Shown here in pieces: positions 53,606 through 64,000 of a DNA stretch of 64,000 nucleotides (the first letter of the stretch is position 1; the number at the start of each line of letters is the position of its first letter). The DNA lies in NCBI GenBank assembly GCA_000182565.2, contig KQ257456.1, one strand, 5' to 3'. Source of the DNA: Spizellomyces punctatus DAOM BR117. Its lineage: Eukaryota. The position numbers and the translations under genes were made by a program. The notes under the pieces were generated by a model that was not told where the DNA came from, did not search any database, and was given only the letters and a program-made list of their open reading frames with translations.

Positions 53606-55481
53606 ATGACAGTGGACAACGTCCGGGATCAGTTTTCCAACGCTTTCCAAACAGATGCAGACTTGTCACGCATTCCCTCCTTGAATCACGCATCACTCAG
53701 CACACTTCCAGACCGCAGCCTGGTTCGTTTTCGTTGTATGGTCCAAGACAACTCGTTCAATGTTCAGGAGTACTTTACCGAAATAACGCTGCGAAACACG
53801 ACCACGGGCGAAGAGGTCAAAGTATCAACCCTCTACTGTGACACAGTACAAGATCGGCCTGGATTTACTGTGGTGGAGGCTGATATGATGAACTTCTCTT
53901 CGAATAACGTCGCAGAGAAACAACCCGTGTTTTGCGTCTCGGTTCCTGGGGAAACTGATTGGGCAAAGGAGGGATTCCGAAGGATTGGGGAAGATGAAGA
54001 TGATGTTTCGTCTGATATTGCCTCGTTGTCTCTCAACGATGCACCTACACATCTCGACGAAAAACTACGAGGCAAATTTCCAATCCCGCAGGACAAGTAT
54101 GCGGTCGGAGCTATGGTGAAGACGTATGGCGAAGACCCACAATTTCATTTGAATGACGTATTGGATGTTGTTGGGGTTTTGGAAAAGGTAGATAATCCGT
54201 CGGACGACAGCCAAGCCGACGATATTGCGGTGGATGCCGCTACCGGAATGGAATTTGCACTGCCACCGGATGGTGCGGAGCAAGCATGCTTTAGCAGCAT
54301 TCCGCGGATTCATGCAGTGTTTTTCCGAAATCTTGGGCGATCGCATATGAATCCTTCTGTTCGTAACCTGAGTCGGGCAAAAGAGCTAGCGTCAGATATG
54401 AACATCATCCTTCTGCGAACGCGGCTTCTGGAACACTTCTGCACTCAACTCTTTGGAGATCGTTTGGCTGCCGAATACCTATTGCTCCATTTGCTTTCAA
54501 AAATGTGAGTATATATCATGAACAGAAGGTGTGGTAGTTTCCCGATCCCTACCTTACTTATTCCTTCCCCAGTCATCACCGCGCAACAGACGACACACCC
54601 ATTGGCTACTTGCCTATTAACATCTGCGGCTGTCCTTCAACCTCCACCCACCCGGATTTCACGTCAAGTATAGCACAGCTCGTCTCAAGTCTTGTACCAC
54701 GATTCCACCGGATAGCGTTGACCTTAAAACACCTTAATGAAGAGACACATCTGGTACCTGCGCAAGGGCGTGACGGGGAGAAGGACGACATTGGTGTTAG
54801 TGCTGGAGAATTGCAATTGGCGGACGGAACATGTATACTTGTGGACGAAATGACGTTGGAAGATGGGATCCTGAAGGAACGAGGGGTGCGCAATGTCGCG
54901 CACCTTGGTGAAGTCATTCGAACGGCGAAACTGCCATACATCATTCGTTATGGAGAGATGAAGCGGAATGTGGATTACAATTTCTTGGTAATAAGCCAAG
55001 GACGATGCATGTTTGCGGTAGGTCTCGGGACAAGCTGCTTCCTGCGTAAAGGGAAATGTAATGCTGACCTCGTATATTTCATTAGATTGACTGCATCATC
55101 CCTCTTATCCCTACGACTGACGAATCCGTTGACACTCCCCTCCCAGACGATCTCAAAAATGATGCGCGGATATTCCTTGGCCTCTTCCCTGAGGAAGACT
55201 ATCAAGTTCCTAGTGACATGGTGGAGCTTATCGGACGGCAATATGCAGAACAACGGGCAGCGGATTTTGAGGCTGGTCGACCCGTGACGACCAATTTGGA
55301 TCTTAGCCGGCGATTGGAAGTTGCACGATTGGTGACAAAAAGCTTTGGGAGAAGCAGTTTGGATGTAGAATGCTGGGACCATGCCGGAATGTTGGAGAGC
55401 GAGAGGATGGCGCGTGTGAGAAAGTTGCCTGAGCGCGGAAGTGTGCGGCAACCGCAGTCAGGGTTGAGTGTCGGACGCTAG
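53606..55481 (+). CDS. MCMBP: Mini-chromosome maintenance complex-binding protein (Mcb1)
   Basis: IPSLN, SLVRFRCMVQD, VPGETDW, PRIHAV, LFGDRLAAEYLLLHLLS, GELQLADGTCILVDE. Confidence 0.9.
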
Positions 55482-55589
55482 GGAGCAGCAATATAATTAA
55501 AATACGAGAACCAATTGCTTCCCCCACAACAGACCTGCTACAGTTTCTACAAGTATTACAATATTAAAAAAACAATTTCCCATACGCAG

Positions 55590-58537
<2,948 letters not shown>

Positions 58538-59911
58538 TACGTTGCGATAGTATCGAACGCTTGCCCCGAGTCCTGGGCCCTGCTCTGCAGAGTAATATTT
58601 CCTTGGAGTTTATGAAGCAAAAGTTATTCTCTTGAATGTTTGTTCCCGAAAACAGTTGTCGAATTTGGACCGTTTGGGAAGATAAGCTTTACACAACGTG
58701 GCGATAATAATAAGGGGTGCAAGCAGGAAAGCAAGGGGTGAGTACGTCTGTGTGCTTGTCAGGGAGGTAAGGGACAAACTACGCAATGAGGGCGGGCGAT
58801 GCGAGAGCGCAATGGCGATTCGGAGGAGTGAAAATGGTCCCCCAAAACTTTACGCAGTTATTTTGCGATAACTGGCGGAAACCAGCTGCGTGGGGCTTTT
58901 GTGCGTGACATGGGCGAAACGCGTTTGCTCCGCGAACGATGGACTTTTTCTTTACCAACGGACTTTGAACTTGCAACCAGAAGCAGAACAGCTCGCCCAC
59001 AAAGTAGTTTTGCTTTGTCTCGTTCGGCGAGCATTTGGTTGTTTGAACGGGCAGGGAGAAATAACAGTGTCAAGCGATGAGAATCAAGGCCCACAAACTT
59101 GTCGAGTTATTCTGCACAATGAAAAAGCACGGCGATCGTCGACCAAATTCCTAAGAACAACAGAATGCAACGTAACAAAGGATGTTACCGGGATACCAAA
59201 GACGGTACTGCCCAAATGCAATTCCATACGTTCCATTCTCCTCGGCAGATCAAATATGCACAAGTATCAGCTGCAAGGGATCTGAGATGGTTGATGAAAG
59301 TGCCTAATTTGATGTTGTGCCAGTGGAATTGGCATATGCACATGGGCATGGATCCGCTTTGCCTAGCCTCTTTGGGACAATGTGATGCATCCTACTGTTG
59401 TTGGTCCACATTGGGACGCTGTTTGATAAATGGCATGTCACTTGCATGGCAAAAAGTAGGCGGGAATCCAAAGACAGTAAAGTTCCTCGTCATGGCGGGA
59501 GAGGGGCAACAAGCCGAGCCTTTAAGAGTCTACCATGATTGCCCCTTGCACGAGGCGACAAGCCGTACATGCACCTAAAGGACTTGCGTGTGCATCCTGT
59601 GTGCACAATTGCGAGGACCATGTGCTGATAATGGGATTCTGCCATCTTTGGGACGTCGTCGCGTTGCAATGAACACGTTGGTGTGGTCAAGAAGCAATAA
59701 AAGTCCCGCGCAGGGTTCTTGGACTCGCCGTCGTCGTCCTCTCAGGTCATCGTCGTCGTCCCGTCAGGAGGGTGAAACGGAGGCAACGGAGCTCAGACTT
59801 TGCGGGCCGTCCAAATACCCGACGCGCTTGAGGGTCTTTCTGGGGGGGCATTTCCATTTGGACATTCCATTGCTGCTTTTTGCTACGAACGCCTCATAGA
59901 ACTTGACAACG

Positions 59912-61624
59912 ATGGCATCTTCAGCTCTTCCCGAGACCTTTCGCAAATATGTTGTTCACCAATTGAGCACCGACTTTGTGAAGGCTACAAAGTTGGAGGT
60001 GGTCAAGGTACGTGGCTCTTGTCATTTATGTTGCCGAGACCAAGATCACCGACTCAACAATGCTTTCCTTTAGACCGCCGACGCCCTCGCGACTCTTGGA
60101 CCACACGACGTGGCCATTCGTCACCGTTACTGGGCCATCAATGCCTCAGATATCAATTATACCGCTGGTCGTTACGATCCCACCAAAAAGCCGTATGTTT
60201 CTGCCGAGGTCAAGTGTTTACGTACTGTAATATCTCACCATTGTATCTTGATTATAGTCCATTTGACACTGGATTCGAAGCCGTGGGAGAGGTGGTTGCA
60301 GTGGGATCAGCTGTCAAGAGGCTCCGCGTGGGGCAGGCCGCCGCCGTCATGTAAGTTACTGATGTCGCTCCAATCATGGCCATGCTATTAAATGTCAGCT
60401 CCATAAACTTGCAGGACCTACGGTGCGTTTACGGAACTTCAAATTATTGATGAGCGAGCGGTTATCCCTGTGCCCGTGAGTCAGCGTAAAGAAGGGAATA
60501 TCTTAAAGAATGGTGTATGAATTTGATGTTCTACACTAGGCTGTACGCTCCGAAGTTCTTCCTCTCCTTGTGTCCGGATTGACCTCCTACCTGGCACTTA
60601 AGGAATGTGGACACATGACAAGCGGCGAAACTGTACTGGTAACGGCTGCTGCTGGTGGTGCAGGTCAAATTGCCGTGCAACTTGCAAAGCAAGCGGGCAA
60701 CCACGTAATAGGGACGTGCTCCAGTGACGAGAAAGCTGCTGTGCTCAAGGTTGGTCTGATGCCTCCACGCATGTGTATACTCCTTGTTGAGCACAGCATT
60801 CTAGAAATTGGGATGCGATCGAGTGATCAACTATAAAACTGAGAATGTGAAGAAGGTCCTCAAGAGCGAGTATCCGAAAGGCATTGACATCATCTTTGAG
60901 TCTGTCGGCGGAAAAATGCTTCAGGATTGTGTGAGCTGGTAAGTGCGCGCAGAGCATGACAAGTTTGAAGTGTTATGCTTAAATATAGAATCCTAGCTTG
61001 GCAGTGAAAGGTCGTTTGATCATCATCGGCGCCATTTCGAATTACAATGATGATGGGTCAGAACATGCGGCTCCTGCTGATACTAATTGATTTTGAGTTA
61101 ACCAGATTCGCTACATGAATAGAGCGAAGGCTACTGGATTTGGCTCCGACGCCGTTTCCACTGTTGCATTGCTGAATCGTTCTGCCACGGTTACCGGTTT
61201 CTTCCTGCCTCAATACGCCCAGGGGTATGCCAGTGCATTGAAAGATATGTTTGACATGGTGGCTAAGGGTAAGTGGATAGTGCATGCTTTAAATGTCGGA
61301 AGACTTTAAGTACTCAAGTCGCATTCAAATTGGCAGGCAAACTTCAGGCATTGGTCGAGATGTCAGACTTTGAGGGTGTAAGTATCAGGCGTCGGAGCGA
61401 TGCTGGTTTATATTCTTGATAAAGTCTCAATTCTTACTCCTCTTTGGCACTGTTAGTTGACGTCCATTCCACGCGCCATTGCCTACCTTCATGTAAGTGA
61501 ACAAGCCTTTACCAAAATATTCTCCATTGCTCTTAGTTCTCACATTCCTTTGCATCAACAGGAGGGCAAAAATATCGGGAAAGTGGTCGTTCCATTCCAA
61601 GCTAAACGTAACTCAAAGCTGTAA
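59912..61624 (+). CDS. MDR-family NADP oxidoreductase (PTGR3/ZADH2-like) with peroxisomal PTS1
   Basis: [59 protein letters not shown]-terminus ...KRNSKL stop. Confidence 0.88.
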
Positions 61625-61943
61625 ATATCAATGTAGACGCCTTTTAGGTCTCGTCTAGCATAGTCCTATAGGAGATAGCTTGTACTCACAGAAACGTGTG
61701 GGTCGTGTCGCTGCGTGAATACTCGTCAAAAGCCTCATCCCTCGTCCCCGTTCCTTTTGCCTTACTTTGGCCAATGATTGCTCACACCAGTAGGCTCTTA
61801 CATCAATGAAAAACGTCCCCAAAAGACAGACGTCTCCGAGAAAGAGCCATTCTTTGGCAATCCAACTAACACGTGACCCCAGATGGAGACCAGCTTTCGA
61901 TGGACGACACAATCTTCATTTCCGTTCACGCACTTACACCGGA

Positions 61944-63169
61944 ATGACTTCGAAGGCCCCCGAGAACCGTACGAACGGTACTCCGCCGAATATAAAAGAA
62001 CTCATATTTTTGGGAACAGGTGTGGACAGAGAATGCATACTGTGGATGGCGGATATCACTGTGACCCGCGAAACTTACTTCTCCAACAGGCACTTCCGGC
62101 AACGTTCCAAACATATATTGCTTGACGAAGGATGTACCCGATTGCAAAGTCTGCATAGCGGCAATGGATGTCAAACCATCCGATGGGCCAAAAATAAATG
62201 GCGTCATCTCGCCGACACCAATATTCAATAAAAACAAACGGCGGACCACGAGCGCGGTAGTACGATATATGCATTCAGACGGGCGAATGAGGTTAGATAT
62301 TGCAATTGCCTAGCGGTACTGCTTTGGACACGTGCAGACCAGCTGCTTGACGGATCGGTCATGTCTTCACGTTTGCAGAACGATCTTGATAGACTGTGGG
62401 AAGAACTTTTACGAATCCGCCCTCACCTGGTTCGTTCACTATCGCCTTCGCCGGATCGACGCTGTCCTTCTAACCCACGGCCATGCGGATGCAATGCTCG
62501 GGATGGACGATCTCCGCCAGTGGACAATTGGTGGTGCAGCTTTTAGCGTTCAAGATCATATCGACGTTTACTGCAATGAACAAACTATGAGTGTTGTTCA
62601 GGGCGCGTTTCCGTACTTGGTTGATAAAGGCAAAGCTACAGGAGGCGGGGACGTGCCAAGTCTCAACTTTCGTATAATGGAAACGACGTCGGAAGGGTAC
62701 AAACGATTTATGATTGAAGAGTTGGAAGTCATTCCGGTGGAAGTGGACCACGGAAAGTATTCGGATGGACAACCGTTCAAATGTCTTGGATTCCGGTTTG
62801 GGGATGTTACATATGTTAGCGATGCTAGCGGGCTACCTCCTCATGCAAAAGAACTGATACGGGGGAGCAAAGTGTTAGTCATGGATTCTCTGCATTGTGA
62901 GTATCTGGATTTATTTCATGGACTGATTGCGGCAATATGACGCTTATATGTTATCAATAGACGGCTCCCATGCATCGCACTTTTCGATCCCCGAAGCGGT
63001 AGAACAATGCGCTTCACTAATCAAACCGGGCGGCCGAGTCTTTTTAACTGGCTTTTCACATCGAGTTGACCATGACACCCTGGCAGAGGAGCTCAGACAG
63101 AACGAGGATTTGAAAAAGGCAGGGGTGAAGGCAGAACCTGCGTACGATGGTCTAAAGGTGGTGATATGA
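61944..63169 (+). CDS. Metallo-beta-lactamase-fold hydrolase (PhnP-like phosphodiesterase)
   Basis: IFLGTGTS, CKVC, ILIDCGK, THGHADA, YVSD, HASHFS and GFSHR..H, ending in PAYDGL. Confidence 0.88.
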
Positions 63170-63376
63170 CAGTTCCCTAGGGTTGGCGCTTTGATAAGTG
63201 CGTCCCCTCGCAAATGTAGAATAGAGTGTCTTTTTAAAGATGTGGATATTGGCAGTTTCACCTCTCGGTTGAATTTTATATGGTTAATGAAAGATTCTTT
63301 CTCGGTACGCACACCTCTCGATATCCAAACATATATGCATAATCAAAAGAAAAAAAATACCAACAGGCTATCTACT

Positions 63377-64000
63377 TTAAAGAATGAGCGACCTGCGCTC
63401 AAAGCCTTCTTGCATGACGGCCAATAGGGTTGTACCATGGCGTCGTTCCCTCCTTGCATTCAGCGCATCCCGGACGATAACTACAACAGCAATCAAACAG
63501 AAAACCACATGCGACACAAACATGATAAAAAAGGGTGCCCCCGAAGTCCACTGATCGAACAGATACCCACCCAATCGAGTGTTGATCAAGATTCCCACGG
63601 CTCCAAAGAAACTGGATACTCCTGCTACACTTCCCCGGATCTGCCGTGGAACATAGGCCGCGGTGACCAGTGAAAGGGACCCGACAACCATGCCGATCTC
63701 CGCGAACCCTATTACGCACATTGCGACATACATTCCGCTTGAGGTCGGGTTTGTGCTGAGAAAGGTCGATAAATAGCTTGCGAGGCCAATGCATCCCGCT
63801 CCCAGGAGAGGAAGGGGGCGATAGCACCGATCTGAAAGCCAGCCTGAAATAATTACAGCTTAACACAAGGTTTTGTCCCACGTCATTTGACTGACTGCTT
63901 ACTGTTCGCTTACCAAAAAGGGGAGCGCCAATCAAAGCAAAAGTTTGGGCAATCCCGGCAAGTATAGATGCTTGCCTATAAGCTTCCCGACAGTTTTCTT
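63377..64000 (-). CDS. 3' part of an MFS transporter (runs off the window edge)
   Basis: Hydrophobic helices, GAPLFGWLSDRCYR, RGSVAGVSSFFGAVGIL and LGGYLFD. Confidence 0.75.

Noticed and set aside
58540-59910. 1.4-kb intergenic region with several 60-140 aa ORFs and GTC repeats
   Set aside because: The ORFs lack recognisable motifs or coherent splice structure. The region is best explained as the KIN1 leader plus a divergent promoter.

Overview
Gene-dense, intron-rich eukaryotic DNA with short GT-AG introns (mostly about 50-80 nt) and CTAAC/CTGAC-type branch points. A Zn2Cys6 transcription factor marks it as fungal. Cilium-associated genes (CCDC112-like, HEATR4-like, multi-EF-hand) and animal-like genes (LAMTOR4, TRA2, MCMBP) point to a zoosporic, chytrid-type fungus (inference). 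About 33 protein-coding genes can be reconstructed by hand; coordinates are start-to-stop spans including introns. No rRNA, tRNA, CRISPR array or transposon was recognised. The strongest unexplained signals are post-transcriptional. (1) The TRA2-like gene has a 529-nt first intron containing an AGAA-dense, stop-containing cassette that looks like an autoregulatory poison exon. (2) A second SR-protein gene has a 352-nt intron exactly inside the SWQ/DLKD motif, with cryptic splice sites and a stop on retention. (3) An unannotated, TATA-driven, spliced minus-strand transcript lies head-to-head with SOD1 and carries a dense UAG/GUUAG array. (4) SOD1 needs a GC-AG intron that competes with a nonsense-producing GT donor. 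All family assignments come from motif recognition, not database searches.
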